Shown here: piece after piece, positions 27,020 to 37,608 of the stretch
Position numbering within the stretch: position 1 is the stretch's first letter
How the letters are laid out: each line of letters starts with the position of its first letter
Made by a program: the position numbers and the translations under genes
Assembly: GCA_050259955.1 (NCBI GenBank)
Contig: JBLNBM010000003.1
Span: 83,935-147,934 of the forward strand
Length of the DNA stretch: 64,000 nt
Direction: 5' to 3'
Source of the DNA: Bacteroidota bacterium
Lineage (GTDB): Bacteria; Pseudomonadota; Gammaproteobacteria; Burkholderiales; Rhodocyclaceae
Notes under the pieces: model-generated
Databases searched by the model: none
What the model saw: the letters and a program-made list of their open reading frames with translations, nothing else
Told to the model about the DNA's origin: nothing

Positions 27020-27241
27020 TCAGGCCGGAATATCCGGCACCAGCTGTTCCTCCAGCAGCAATATGCGATCCTTCAGCGCCAGCTTCCGCTTCTTCAGGCG
27101 GCGTATCAGCAGGTCGTCGGGCGGCGGATTGTCGATCAGATGTACGATCACCAGATCGAGGTCGCGATGTTCCACCTGCAGTTCGTGCAAACGGGCGTGA
27201 ATGTCGCCGATTTCCTGTTCGTTCAGCGGCTGGTTGGACAT
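27020..27241 (-). CDS. DUF465/YdcH family protein
   Basis: LHELQVEHRDLDLVI...IRRLKKRKLALKDRI. Confidence 0.9.
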   Translation of the reverse strand: MSNQPLNEQEIGDIHARLHELQVEHRDLDLVIVHLIDNPPPDDLLIRRLKKRKLALKDRILLLEEQLVPDIPA

Positions 27242-27309
27242 GCGGAGTCTCCTGACAACATGCTGTGTTTTGCTAGAATAACCCGAAGAGTCCACGAAGG
27301 GAGAGACGA

Positions 27310-27618
27310 ATGCAACACCTGGTGATCGTGTCGTTCGGCAAAGATAAACAATATGACTTCAAGCTCATCGGCGGCGCGGCGAGCGATGATGCTCGCCAGT
27401 GGTTCGACCATGAGTTCACGACCCTGAAATGCGAAGTGGCGACGCCGACCGGCAAGATTCTCGCCGTCGATCGTATCCTCAGTGTCGCCCGCTATGCCGG
27501 CGAAGAGCGTTTCCGCGAGCGGACGACCTGGGCCGACCAGTTTGCCCGCTATACCGCCGCCATCCTCGGACGCGAACTGATCCGTGTCGATGTCGAGCAC
27601 TACAGTATCGGCTACTGA
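27310..27618 (+). CDS. Hypothetical protein (102 aa), coupled to greB
   Basis: RBS-like GGGAGAG upstream; its stop overlaps the greB start (TGATG). Confidence 0.7.
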   Translation: MQHLVIVSFGKDKQYDFKLIGGAASDDARQWFDHEFTTLKCEVATPTGKILAVDRILSVARYAGEERFRERTTWADQFARYTAAILGRELIRVDVEHYSIGY

Positions 27619-28178
27619 TGAACAAGGCGTTTGTCCGGGAAAATGACGGTGACGACGAGGAGGAGGGTCTTTCGCCTTCCCTCAAGTTGCCGGCCGGGAC
27701 GCGCAATTACATTTCCCCGGCAGGTCACCAGCGGCTGAAGGACGAACTGGAACACCTGGTCAAGCGCGAACGGCCGCATGTCGTGGAGATCGTCGCCTGG
27801 GCGGCTTCCAACGGCGATCGCTCGGAAAACGGCGACTACATCTACGGTAAGCGCCGGCTGCGCGAAATCGACCGGCGTATCCGTTTCCTGACCAAGCGAC
27901 TGGACAATGCCGAGGTGGTCGATCCGCTGCGCCAGGGGGACAACGACCAGATTTTCTTCGGCGCCCGGGTCACCGTCGCCGACGCCGAGGGTGTCGAAAG
28001 CACCTACACCATCGTTGGCGTCGACGAAATGGATGTCGCCAGCGGACGCATCAGCTGGATTTCGCCGCTCGCCCGTGCCCTGATCAAGTCGCGGTTGGGC
28101 GACACCGTACGCTTCCAGAGTCCGCTCGGCATCCGCGAACTCGACATTGTCGATGTCGTGTACGAAACCATTGTGTGA
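27618..28178 (+). CDS. greB: Transcription elongation factor GreB
   Basis: MNKAFVRE...NYISPAG...AASNGDRSENGDYIYGKRRLREIDRRIRFLTKRL...ISWISPLARAL. Confidence 0.95.
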   Translation: MNKAFVRENDGDDEEEGLSPSLKLPAGTRNYISPAGHQRLKDELEHLVKRERPHVVEIVAWAASNGDRSENGDYIYGKRRLREIDRRIRFLTKRLDNAEVVDPLRQGDNDQIFFGARVTVADAEGVESTYTIVGVDEMDVASGRISWISPLARALIKSRLGDTVRFQSPLGIRELDIVDVVYETIV

Positions 28179-28278
28179 ACGACGGGTCGGATCGCTTGCC
28201 TCATCCGACCGGCAATCGCTTGATGCCGTGGCAGTGGAGCTACAATATTTACATTGGTTTTCTTGAACAGGGCGTTTG

Positions 28279-28776
28279 ATGACAGGGCAGCTTTCACTGA
28301 TTGCAGCGATTCGTACCGGCAAGTTGCGCCCGGTGCAGGACGCGCTCGACGCCGGCGCCACGGTCGAACTGCATGACGGCCAGGGCGATCCCGGCCTGCC
28401 GATGGGCATTGCCTGCTTCATGGGTCTGGCCGATATCGTCCGCGAACTGGCCAGGCGGGGTGGTGCGGTCAATCTGCCCGACAATTCGCTGCCGACTTCG
28501 CCGCTCAACATGGCGATTCGCGGCAAGCGGACGGAAGTGGTGCGCACCCTGATCGAACTCGGCGCCGAGGTGCCGCCCGGGATGGTGACCGGACTGTCCG
28601 AGCAGGAAGTCATCCTGGCGCAGTGGGTGGCCCAGCGCGCCGGCTTGCGCGTTGCACCGGCCAACGCAGCGCCCGATCATCCGGTCATCGAGGAAATCGA
28701 AATGCTGCGCTGTGTCGGGACCGACACCCTGGTTCTCGAAGCCGATGCGCTGCGCGCCGCGGACGACATGCGTTGA
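28279..28776 (+). CDS. Ankyrin-repeat-like protein
   Basis: LIAAIRTG...ALDAGA, ACFMGLADIVRELARRGGAVN, SPLNMAIRGKRTEVVRTLIELGA. Confidence 0.7.
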   Translation: MTGQLSLIAAIRTGKLRPVQDALDAGATVELHDGQGDPGLPMGIACFMGLADIVRELARRGGAVNLPDNSLPTSPLNMAIRGKRTEVVRTLIELGAEVPPGMVTGLSEQEVILAQWVAQRAGLRVAPANAAPDHPVIEEIEMLRCVGTDTLVLEADALRAADDMR

Positions 28777-28802
28777 GCGGTTCGGCGTTTTGCAAAACGC
28801 CT

Positions 28803-28828
28803 CTTGAAATCCCGGTGGCAGCCCCCAT
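28803..28828 (+). promoter_or_regulatory. Sigma32 (RpoH) promoter of htpG
   Basis: CTTGAAA-N13-CCCCAT, matching the RpoH consensus, 40 nt upstream of htpG. Confidence 0.9.
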
Positions 28829-28868
28829 CTTCCGCTCACCTTATTTGGTTTGATTGGGAGTTCCAAGC

Positions 28869-30779
28869 ATGTCCGAGTCTGCAACCGCGAATCGCGAAAC
28901 CCTGGGTTTCCAGGCCGAAGTAAAGCAACTGCTGCAACTGATGATCCACTCCTTGTACAGCAACAAGGAGATTTTCCTGCGCGAATTGGTTTCCAACGCT
29001 TCCGACGCCTGCGACAAGCTGCGTTTCGAGGCCCTGAACAACAGCGCGCTGTACGGCGATGACGCCGACCTGAAAATCCGCGTTTCCTTCAACAAGGAAG
29101 CGCGCACCATCACCATTTCCGATAACGGCATCGGCCTCTCGCGCGATGAAGCGGTCGAACATCTGGGTACCATCGCCAAGTCCGGCACCAAGGAATTCTT
29201 CTCGGCGCTGACCGGCGACCAGGCCAAGGATGCGCATCTGATCGGCCAGTTCGGCGTCGGTTTCTATTCCTCCTTCATCATTGCCGACAAGGTCACGGTG
29301 ATTTCCCGCCGTGCCGGCGTCGAGGCCAACCAGGCGGTGTGCTGGGAATCGGCCGGCGAAGGCGACTACACCGTCGAGATGGTGGAAAAGGCAAGGCGCG
29401 GCACCGATGTCACGCTGCACCTGCGCGATGGCGAGGATGAATTCCTCGGCGGCTGGAAGCTGAAGTCGATCATCCGCAAGTATTCCGACCACATCACCCT
29501 GCCCATCGTGATGAAGAAGGAAGAATGGGACAAGGACAAGGGCGAGCAGGTCATCACTGACGAAGATGAAACGGTCAACCAGGCCAACGCCCTGTGGGTA
29601 CGCAGCAAGTCGGACATCACCGACGAGCAGTACAAGGAATTCTACAAGCACGTCGCCCACGATTTCGACGAGCCGCTGGCGTGGACCCACGCCCGCGTCG
29701 AAGGCAAGCAGGAATACACGCAACTGCTCTACATCCCGGCCCGCGCCCCGTTCGATCTGTGGGACCGTAACGCCCGCCACGGCATCAAGCTCTACGTCCG
29801 CCGCGTCTTCATCATGGACGACGCCGAACAGCTGATGCCACTCTACATGCGCTTCGTGCGCGGCGTCGTCGATTCCTCCGACCTGCCGCTCAACGTTTCG
29901 CGCGAAATCCTGCAGCAGAGCAAGGACATCGACGGCATCCGCAGCGGCTGCACCCGCAAGGTGCTGAGCATGCTCGAAGACCTCGCCGAGAACGACAAGG
30001 AGAAGTACGCCAAGTTCTGGGAAGCCTTCGGCTCGGTGTTGAAGGAAGGTGTCGGCGAAGACCACGCCAACAAGGAAAAGATCGCCGGACTGATCCGCTT
30101 CGCCTCGACGCACAACGACACGCCCGATCAGAACGTTTCGCTGGCCGATTACATCGGCCGGATGAAGGAAGGCCAGGAGAAGATTTACTTCGTCACCGCC
30201 GACACTTTCAACGCCGCCAAGAACAGCCCGCACCTGGAAATCTTCCGCAAGAAGGGCATCGAAGTGCTGCTCCTCTCGGATCGCGTCGATGAATGGGTGG
30301 TCGGCCATCTGACCGAGTTCGACGGCAAGCACCTGCAATCCGTCGCCAAGGGCGGCCTCGACCTCGGCAAGCTGGAAGACGAAGCCGAAAAGAAGGAGGC
30401 CGAAAAGGCAGCCGACGAGTACAAGGAACTGATCGACAAGGTTAAGACTTCGCTCGGCGACAAGGTCAAGGATGTCCGCGTCACCTACCGCCTGACCGAT
30501 TCGCCGTCCTGCCTGGTGTCCGACGAGCACGATCCGTCCGGCAACCTGGCCCGCCTGATGAAGGCGGCCGGCCAGAACATGCCGGCCACCAAGCCGATTC
30601 TCGAAATCAACCCGCACCACCTGGTGGTGCAGCGTCTGAAATACGAGGAAAGCCGTTTCGATGACTGGGCCGCCCTGCTCTTCGAACAGGCCACGCTGGC
30701 CGAAGGCGGTCAGCTGGACGATCCGGCCGGTTTCGTCAAGCGCATCAACGACCTGATGCTGGCCCTCTCCGGCAAGTAA
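28869..30779 (+). CDS. htpG: Molecular chaperone HtpG (Hsp90)
   Basis: FQAEVKQLL...[18 protein letters not shown]...[10 protein letters not shown]...[11 protein letters not shown]. Confidence 0.97.
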   Translation: MSESATANRETLGFQAEVKQLLQLMIHSLYSNKEIFLRELVSNASDACDKLRFEALNNSALYGDDADLKIRVSFNKEARTITISDNGIGLSRDEAVEHLGTIAKSGTKEFFSALTGDQAKDAHLIGQFGVGFYSSFIIADKVTVISRRAGVEANQAVCWESAGEGDYTVEMVEKARRGTDVTLHLRDGEDEFLGGWKLKSIIRKYSDHITLPIVMKKEEWDKDKGEQVITDEDETVNQANALWVRSKSDITDEQYKEFYKHVAHDFDEPLAWTHARVEGKQEYTQLLYIPARAPFDLWDRNARHGIKLYVRRVFIMDDAEQLMPLYMRFVRGVVDSSDLPLNVSREILQQSKDIDGIRSGCTRKVLSMLEDLAENDKEKYAKFWEAFGSVLKEGVGEDHANKEKIAGLIRFASTHNDTPDQNVSLADYIGRMKEGQEKIYFVTADTFNAAKNSPHLEIFRKKGIEVLLLSDRVDEWVVGHLTEFDGKHLQSVAKGGLDLGKLEDEAEKKEAEKAADEYKELIDKVKTSLGDKVKDVRVTYRLTDSPSCLVSDEHDPSGNLARLMKAAGQNMPATKPILEINPHHLVVQRLKYEESRFDDWAALLFEQATLAEGGQLDDPAGFVKRINDLMLALSGK

Positions 30780-30824
30780 GGCGGTTCTCCCCGGCCGGCG
30801 CCCGATGGTGCCGGCCGGTCCGGT

Positions 30825-33041
30825 TTAGCGCTTGGCGCGGCCGGTCAGCCAGTCGGCCAGTTGCTCGGCCGGCATCGCTGCGGCGTAGAGAAAACCCTGC
30901 CCGGTGTCGCAGCCCAGTTCGCGCAGGCGCTCGACCTGAGCCGGCGTTTCGACGCCTTCGGCGACGGTGTCAATGCCGAGCTTGCGGGCCAGTTCAATGA
31001 TGGTGCCGACGAACAGGTCGCCCTTGCCGCTGTCGATTTCGACGACGAAGGAACGGTCGATCTTCAGACTGTCGATCGGCAGCTGACGCAGATAAGCGAG
31101 CGACGAGTAGCCGGTGCCAAAGTCGTCCACGGCGATCAGCACGCCGGCCTGGCGCAGCGTTTCCAGATTGTGCAAGACGACCAGCGGCTCATCGAGCAGC
31201 AGGCTCTCGGTTATTTCCAGTTCGAGGGCGCTGGCCGGCATGCCGTGCTTGGCCAGGATCGCCATCACCCAGGCGGGAAAATCGCCGAGGCGCAGTTGCG
31301 GCATGCTGGTATTGACCGCCATGCGGCGCGGCGCGCAGCCCGCCTCGCGGAGGCGACAGAAAGTGGCGCAGCTCTGTTCCAGCACCCAGGCGCCGATCTC
31401 GATGATCAGCCCTGCATCTTCGGCCAGGCGGATGAAGACCTCCGGCGGCTGGACAAAGCCTTCGCCCGCCGGCCAGCGGGCCAGCGCTTCGAGGCCGACC
31501 ACGCTGTTGTCGGCCAGCGAAAGCTGGGGCTGATACCAGACGGCGAGCTGGCCGGCCAGGAAGTCGTGGCGCAACTGGCGAATGATGTCGAGGCGCCGGT
31601 GCGTCTGTTCTTCCATCGCCGGCGTGAAATCGACGTAGGAGGTATGCGGACTGAGGCGCGCCTGGGTGAGGGCCAGGTCGGCTCGCTTGAACAAGGTGTC
31701 GCCTTGCTCGCGTTCGCCGATCCGGCAATAACCGATATCGACGTCGATGCTCAGCCGGTGTTCGCCGGCGGTGAATGGGGCGGCCAGCGCGGCGAGCAGT
31801 TTTTCCGGGGCGAGCAGGTCGGCGTTGCCGAGCAGACCGAAGCGGTCGCCGCCGATGCGGGCCAGCCGGCAGTCGCGGCAGGCATAGGCGAGGCGTCGGC
31901 CGAGCGCCTGCAGCAGTTGATCGCCGACGACGTGGCCGAGGCTGTTGTTGATGTCGGCGAAGTGCCGGATGTCGAGCAGGCAGACGACCTGGTCGGTGAG
32001 GGCGAGGCCGCTGGCGCCGCCCAGGTCGAGCAGGAAGCGGGTCCGGTTGGGGAGGCCGGTCAGCGGGTCGTGGTAGGCGACGAAATTGAGGCGCTCGACC
32101 AGTTTCAGGTTGCCGAAGCAGCTGCCGACATTGCTGGCGAAAACCGCCGCCAGCTGGCGGTCGACCGCGGCCAGAGGCGCCTCGTGGCGGACGAAGACGG
32201 CCGCTTCGTGGTTACGGTCGCGTAGATAGAGCACGGTGTGCTGCGGCGCGAACAGATGGTCTTGCCGCGTCATGCATTCCCGGATCGCGCCGGCGATCTC
32301 CGGCTCGTACAACTGGTCGAGCGGTTGGCCGCGGTAGGTGGCAAGCCGCCCGGTGGCAGCAATCATATACACGGCCTGGCTGCTGCTGTCCCGGAAGGGG
32401 CCACCTTTCTCGGCGCAGACCAGACCATCGCCGGGCAGCTGGAGGAGACTGATCAACTGGCCCAGGACGTCCCGGGCGAAGGCGTTCAGGTTGGGCGCCT
32501 GCATCAGGCTGGCGGCCCCGCCAACGATCAGTTCCAGGCCGCGCCGGTTGTCGTTGATGGCGCGCAGCTGCTGGTAGGAACGGAGGGCGGCGATCAGCGT
32601 CGTGATCAGCCGGGTCTGGGTCAGTTCCGCCTTGGTCTTGTAGTCGTTGATGTCGTAATCACGGATTACGTCCAGTTCCGGCGCCTGGCCGGGCTGGCCG
32701 GTGCGCAGCACGATGCGCACCTCGCTGAGGCCGAGTTCCTGGCGGATGCGCTGGACCAGCCGCAGGCCGGCATCCGGGCTTTCCATTACGACATCGAGCA
32801 GGACGACAGCGATGTCTGCCTCGCCCCGCATCAGCGCCGCCGCATCAGCCCCGCTGTGCGCCTGGATCAGCTGCAGGCGGCGACCGCACAGGCGGATGTC
32901 GTGGAGCGCGAAGCGGGTCGCTTCGTGCACCTCCTCGTCGTCATCGACAATCAGCACTTTCCACACCGGGCCCGTTTCCCCGGGCTCGGCGGGGGGCACC
33001 TCTTCGTCGACGAATTTGACGCTGTCGTCGTCAAGTTGCAT
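30825..33041 (-). CDS. Response regulator: REC - DUF3369-like - degenerate GGDEF - EAL (probable c-di-GMP phosphodiesterase)
   Basis: REC VLIVDDD...LLDVVMES; GGDEF altered to GGDRF; EAL motif LEALARW and [10 protein letters not shown]. Confidence 0.9.
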   Translation of the reverse strand: MQLDDDSVKFVDEEVPPAEPGETGPVWKVLIVDDDEEVHEATRFALHDIRLCGRRLQLIQAHSGADAAALMRGEADIAVVLLDVVMESPDAGLRLVQRIRQELGLSEVRIVLRTGQPGQAPELDVIRDYDINDYKTKAELTQTRLITTLIAALRSYQQLRAINDNRRGLELIVGGAASLMQAPNLNAFARDVLGQLISLLQLPGDGLVCAEKGGPFRDSSSQAVYMIAATGRLATYRGQPLDQLYEPEIAGAIRECMTRQDHLFAPQHTVLYLRDRNHEAAVFVRHEAPLAAVDRQLAAVFASNVGSCFGNLKLVERLNFVAYHDPLTGLPNRTRFLLDLGGASGLALTDQVVCLLDIRHFADINNSLGHVVGDQLLQALGRRLAYACRDCRLARIGGDRFGLLGNADLLAPEKLLAALAAPFTAGEHRLSIDVDIGYCRIGEREQGDTLFKRADLALTQARLSPHTSYVDFTPAMEEQTHRRLDIIRQLRHDFLAGQLAVWYQPQLSLADNSVVGLEALARWPAGEGFVQPPEVFIRLAEDAGLIIEIGAWVLEQSCATFCRLREAGCAPRRMAVNTSMPQLRLGDFPAWVMAILAKHGMPASALELEITESLLLDEPLVVLHNLETLRQAGVLIAVDDFGTGYSSLAYLRQLPIDSLKIDRSFVVEIDSGKGDLFVGTIIELARKLGIDTVAEGVETPAQVERLRELGCDTGQGFLYAAAMPAEQLADWLTGRAKR

Positions 33042-34176
33042 AGCTTTTCTCTCCGGCGAGCGGCTGGTCGGGCGCCCGCAGCGGCAGCAGCAGTTCGAAA
33101 TGCACTCCCCGGCCCGGCTGGCTGGTCATCCCGATGCTGCCGCCCAGCACGGCGGTGGTCAGGTTATAGACGATGTACAGGCCGAGTCCGCTGCCGCCGT
33201 TGCCGAGTTTGGTGGTAAAGAAGGGATCGAATATCCGCTTGGCGTCGGCTGCGTTGATGCCGATGCCGTCATCGTCGTAGGTCAGCGCCAATTGCTCGCC
33301 GGGGAGGACCCGGGCGTCGATCCGGATATTGCCGGCGGCAATGCCTTCGAAGCCGTGCACCAGCGAGTTGGCGACCAGGTTGGCGATGATCTGCTCGATC
33401 GGTCCGGGATAGCTTTCCATGATGATGCCGGGCGCCACCGTGACCTGCAGGCGATGCGGCGTCTGCTTCAGTTTGGGGTGCAGGGCGGAGAGCATTTCAT
33501 CGAGCGCCTGGCGCAGGTCGAAACGGCGCCGGCGCATGCTGGTCTGGTCGACCGCCACTTCCTTGAAATTGCCGATCAGGTCGGCGGCGCGCTGCGAATT
33601 GCGCTGCAGCATCAACGCGGCGTTGCGGCACTGGGCGATGAAGTCGAGCAAGGTCTGCTGGCGCAGCTTGCCGGCGGCGACCACGGCAGCGAATTCATCG
33701 ACCCGGCTGGCCAGGGCCGACGCCACCATCAGGGAATTGCCGAGCGGCGTGTTCAATTCGTGGGCGACACCGGCGACCAGGCTGCCCAGCGAAGCCAGCT
33801 TTTCGGCTTGCACCAGTTGGCTGGTCGCCTGCTCCAGCCGGGCGATCAGCACTTTCTGCTCGTCCTTTTCACTCTGCAGCGCCTCGTGGGCCCGCTTGCG
33901 CTGCTCGATTTCGCGGGCCATCCGTTCCTGGGTGCGCTGCAGCGTGCGGTTGATCTTTTCGTTCTCATGCAGAGCCGCTTCCAGTTCCTTGGTTCGCTCG
34001 CGCACCTGGTCCTCGAGCATCACCGTCGTCTGGAACAGGCCGAAATCGGAACTTTGCGTGCTGCGCCTTTGCTCGGCGTGATCCATCAAGACCTCGATGA
34101 TTTTCTTGCAGCGGGCGATTTCGCCCCGCAGCGCCTCGACCTCGGGCGGCGAGGGCGGAGCGCCGGCTTCAGGCAT
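33031..34176 (-). CDS. Cytoplasmic sensor histidine kinase (NosP-associated, NahK-like)
   Basis: No TM segment; N-terminal coiled coil; ASLGSLVAGVAHELNTPLG; DPFFTTKLGNGGSGLGL. Confidence 0.88.
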   Translation of the reverse strand: MPEAGAPPSPPEVEALRGEIARCKKIIEVLMDHAEQRRSTQSSDFGLFQTTVMLEDQVRERTKELEAALHENEKINRTLQRTQERMAREIEQRKRAHEALQSEKDEQKVLIARLEQATSQLVQAEKLASLGSLVAGVAHELNTPLGNSLMVASALASRVDEFAAVVAAGKLRQQTLLDFIAQCRNAALMLQRNSQRAADLIGNFKEVAVDQTSMRRRRFDLRQALDEMLSALHPKLKQTPHRLQVTVAPGIIMESYPGPIEQIIANLVANSLVHGFEGIAAGNIRIDARVLPGEQLALTYDDDGIGINAADAKRIFDPFFTTKLGNGGSGLGLYIVYNLTTAVLGGSIGMTSQPGRGVHFELLLPLRAPDQPLAGEKSYAT

Positions 34177-35317
34177 CGGCGTCTGCCGGCCGGCCAATGG
34201 CGATGCCGGTCAGGGTCTGGTTGACATGCACGCCACGGAACTGCTCGCCATAAGTGCTGAAGCCGACGGCATGGTGGTCGCGGAAAACCTGTCCGGCCGC
34301 TTCCTTGATACCGCTCTGTGTCATCTCCAGGTTGCGCAGGATGCAGTCGCAGGCAAGCACCAGTTGCGGCGGGCCGATCGCCGCCTGCAAGTCGGCGAAG
34401 GTCTGGCGCAGGTTGCCGACCAGGTCGACGCCGCGCACGACGCGCAACACCAGTCCCTCCTCGATGGCGCAGTAGAAGGTCAGGCTACCGTCCGGGTTGG
34501 CCTTCTGGATCGAACGGACGTAGTCGGTGCCGTCGATCGCCACCACCATCGGCGAGGCGGCAAAACGCGTCGGGCCGAGACCGTCGATCCCCGTGCCGAC
34601 GATCCGCGCGTATTCCGCCGCAGCCGGCAGGCAGTTGATTTCCCTGACCACCCGCCGGCTGGCATCGGCGGCAGTGACCACCAGCCGCTCGCTTTCGCTG
34701 ACGAAGTGCTGGGTCTTGAAAATCCGGAAAGGCAGCGTCGTGCCGAGCAGCAGCAGAACTGCGCTGTCGGTATGGAAAGTCCCATCGTGAAAGACCCAGG
34801 TCTGCTCGAGACGCAGGTCGTCGCCGGCCGAGCCGCCGACCAGCGGGATGGCGCCGAGTGCATTCTGCAAGGCATGCGCCACCGGCTCTTCCCGCTGCGA
34901 TAAGCCATCGATCAGGAGCAGCGCGAAAGTCTGTCCGGCTTCGGCGGCGCCCAGGCTTTCCAGCTGTCCGATCAGTCGCTGCGCCAAGGCGTGCCCCTGG
35001 CCCATCGCGAAATGCTGCAGACGGTCGAGGCGGCCGCTCACCGCCGTGCATGCCGCGGCCGGGAAGCTGGCGCCGACCAGGCTGTGCTCCCGGTAGCCCT
35101 GCGGCCCGATCTCGCCAGCGGTAGTGCAGCCGATGACCGGTACACCAGGAAACTGGCGGTTTATCTCGTCGGCCAGCGCGGCGCGGTCATAGGTGGTGGA
35201 ACAGAAAAATACCACCAACGCCATGTCCGGCTGCGCCACCCCGGCCCGAAATTCCCGTACCGCCTGCCGCGCATCGGTCGCGCCGGATTGCGCCGTGCGA
35301 ATCTGCTTGATCTTCAT
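34169..35317 (-). CDS. nosP: FIST-domain sensor (NosP-like)
   Basis: FFCSTTYD...PVIGCTTAGEIG...LIDGLSQREE...GGSAGDD...LTFYCAIEEG...DCILR...GFSTYGEQ...HVNQTLTG. Confidence 0.85.
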   Translation of the reverse strand: MKIKQIRTAQSGATDARQAVREFRAGVAQPDMALVVFFCSTTYDRAALADEINRQFPGVPVIGCTTAGEIGPQGYREHSLVGASFPAAACTAVSGRLDRLQHFAMGQGHALAQRLIGQLESLGAAEAGQTFALLLIDGLSQREEPVAHALQNALGAIPLVGGSAGDDLRLEQTWVFHDGTFHTDSAVLLLLGTTLPFRIFKTQHFVSESERLVVTAADASRRVVREINCLPAAAEYARIVGTGIDGLGPTRFAASPMVVAIDGTDYVRSIQKANPDGSLTFYCAIEEGLVLRVVRGVDLVGNLRQTFADLQAAIGPPQLVLACDCILRNLEMTQSGIKEAAGQVFRDHHAVGFSTYGEQFRGVHVNQTLTGIAIGRPADADA

Positions 35318-35489
35318 CGGCATTATGACCGCCGGCGCCGCGACAGAGTTCAGCTTTCGCCGCAAAAACTGCCAGGATGCCTCTGGCCTGTCGTCGCCGA
35401 GGCCGAGTTGCTGTATCCTTTCGCCACCATAAAACCAGTAGGGTTAATCTGCTTGACGTGACCGGGTCACGAAGGGTGCCGATCTTGTC

Positions 35490-37583
35490 ATGAGCAGCGT
35501 GGATTCAATTACCGACAGCCTGTTGCGCGAGGCTGATTCCTTACTGATGGGCCTGTTCAGCAACGCCCTGATCGGCGTCTATGTCATCCAGGATGCCCGT
35601 TTCGTCTTCGTCAACCAGCGCCTGGCCGAGCTTTTCGGCTATTCGCCGGGCCAGCTATGCGCTGGCATGGGGCCGCTCGACCTGACGGCGGCCGACGATC
35701 AGCCACTGGCCCGGCGAGAGATCGAGCGCCGCCTCCAGGGCGAGGCCAAGGCCAGCCATTACACTTTCCGCGGTGTCCGGCAGGATGGTTCGCAGCTCGA
35801 TGTCGAGGTTTTCGGCGTCGCCACCAGCTTTTCCGGTCGCCCCGCCATCATCGGCATCCTCGCCGATATTTCCGAGCGCATGGCGGCCGAGCAGGCCGTT
35901 GCCGACCAGCTGCGCTTCATCGGTCAACTGGTCGATACCATTCCGAGTCCGGTGTTCTTCAAGGATGAAAAAGGCGTCTATCTCGGCTGTAATACCGCTT
36001 TTGAGCAATATATCGGGCTGCCCCGCGAAGGCCTGATTGGCCGTTCGGTCTATGACATTTCGCCCAAGGATCTGGCCGACAAGTACTTCGCGACGGACCA
36101 GGCACTGTTCCGCCAGCCAGGCAAGCAGAGCTACGAGGCGCTGGTCTCCTATGCCGACGGTTCGCGCCGCGACGTGGTTTTCTACAAGGCGACCTTCAAC
36201 AAGGCCGATGGCAGCCTCGGCGGCCTGGTCGGGGTCATCCTCGACATCAGCGAACGCAAGCGCATGGAGCAAGCCGTCTGGCACGAGGCGAACTACGATG
36301 CGCTGACCGGCCTGCCCAATCGCCGCCTGTTCCGCGACCGCCTGCGCGAGGAACTGAAGCGTGCCCAGCACGGCGGTCATGAACTGGCCTTGCTCTTCAT
36401 CGACCTCGACCGTTTCAAGGAAGTGAACGACACGCTCGGTCACGATCTCGGCGACCGCCTGCTCTTCCTCGCGGCAGAGCGCATCGGCACGGTCCTCGAG
36501 GCCCGCGATACGGTGTCCCGGCAGGGCGGCGACGAGTTCGTCGTCATGCTGGCGGAAATTCCCAGTCACGCCGCCGCCAGCCGGATGGCCCAGGAAATCA
36601 TCGCCGTCCTGTCCCTGCCTTTCGACCTCGATGGGCATCTCGCCTATGTTTCGGCCAGTGTCGGGATCGCCTTCTACCCCGGCGACGGCGACGAGTGCGA
36701 AACCCTGGTCAGTTACGCCGACCAGGCGATGTATGCCGCCAAGGCGCAGGGGCGCAACTGTTTCTGTCACTTCACGCCAGCGTTGCAGGTTCAGGCCCTG
36801 CAGCATGTCGAACTGAGCAACGACCTGCGGCGCGCCCTGCTCGAAGGGCAGTTCGCCGTGCATTACCAGCCCATCGTCGACCTCGCGACCCGGCGAACCG
36901 TCAAGGCCGAGGCGCTGGTCCGCTGGCTGCATCCGCAGCGCGGCCTGGTCAGCCCGGCCGAATTCATTCCGGTCGCCGAGGAAATCGGCCTGATCGGCCT
37001 GCTCGGCAACTGGATCTTCCAGCAGGCCATCGCTGCCGCCGCCCGCTGGCCGGCGCTGCCGCCGTCCGCCGTCGGGGAGGCGATCCAGGTCAGCGTCAAT
37101 CTTTCGCCGCGCCAGCTGGTGTCCGGCAGTTGCCGGGAATGGATAGACGACCTGCGGCGACTGGGCCTCCCTTCAGGCCGCTTGGCGCTGGAAATTACCG
37201 AAGGTTTGCTGCTCGACGACCGGCCGGCCGTCGTCGATACCCTGCTTGCCTTTCGCGATGCCGGCATCCAGGTCAGCATCGACGATTTCGGCACGGGTTA
37301 TTCGGCGATGTCCTATCTCAAGAAATTCGACATCGACTACCTCAAGATCGACCGCTCCTTCGTGCGCGACCTGACCACCGATCCGACCGATCTGGCGATT
37401 GCCGAAGCGATGATCGTGATGGCCCACAAACTCGGCATCAAGGTCATTGCCGAAGGCGTCGAAACGGTTGAGCAACGCGACTTGCTGCAGCAGGCGGGAT
37501 GCGATTACGCCCAGGGTTTCCTCTTCGCCCGGCCGATGCCGGCCGACGATTTCGAGCGCTTCCTGGCCAACGAACAAGGCTGA
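35490..37583 (+). CDS. PAS-PAS-GGDEF-EAL protein
   Basis: Two PAS/PAC domains, GGDEF intact (SRQGGDEF) with no RxxD I-site, EAL (KAEALVRW) and DDFGTGYS. Confidence 0.92.
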   Translation: MSSVDSITDSLLREADSLLMGLFSNALIGVYVIQDARFVFVNQRLAELFGYSPGQLCAGMGPLDLTAADDQPLARREIERRLQGEAKASHYTFRGVRQDGSQLDVEVFGVATSFSGRPAIIGILADISERMAAEQAVADQLRFIGQLVDTIPSPVFFKDEKGVYLGCNTAFEQYIGLPREGLIGRSVYDISPKDLADKYFATDQALFRQPGKQSYEALVSYADGSRRDVVFYKATFNKADGSLGGLVGVILDISERKRMEQAVWHEANYDALTGLPNRRLFRDRLREELKRAQHGGHELALLFIDLDRFKEVNDTLGHDLGDRLLFLAAERIGTVLEARDTVSRQGGDEFVVMLAEIPSHAAASRMAQEIIAVLSLPFDLDGHLAYVSASVGIAFYPGDGDECETLVSYADQAMYAAKAQGRNCFCHFTPALQVQALQHVELSNDLRRALLEGQFAVHYQPIVDLATRRTVKAEALVRWLHPQRGLVSPAEFIPVAEEIGLIGLLGNWIFQQAIAAAARWPALPPSAVGEAIQVSVNLSPRQLVSGSCREWIDDLRRLGLPSGRLALEITEGLLLDDRPAVVDTLLAFRDAGIQVSIDDFGTGYSAMSYLKKFDIDYLKIDRSFVRDLTTDPTDLAIAEAMIVMAHKLGIKVIAEGVETVEQRDLLQQAGCDYAQGFLFARPMPADDFERFLANEQG

Positions 37584-37608
37584 GTCCCGGCCGGGGCGGC
37601 CGGCCTGT

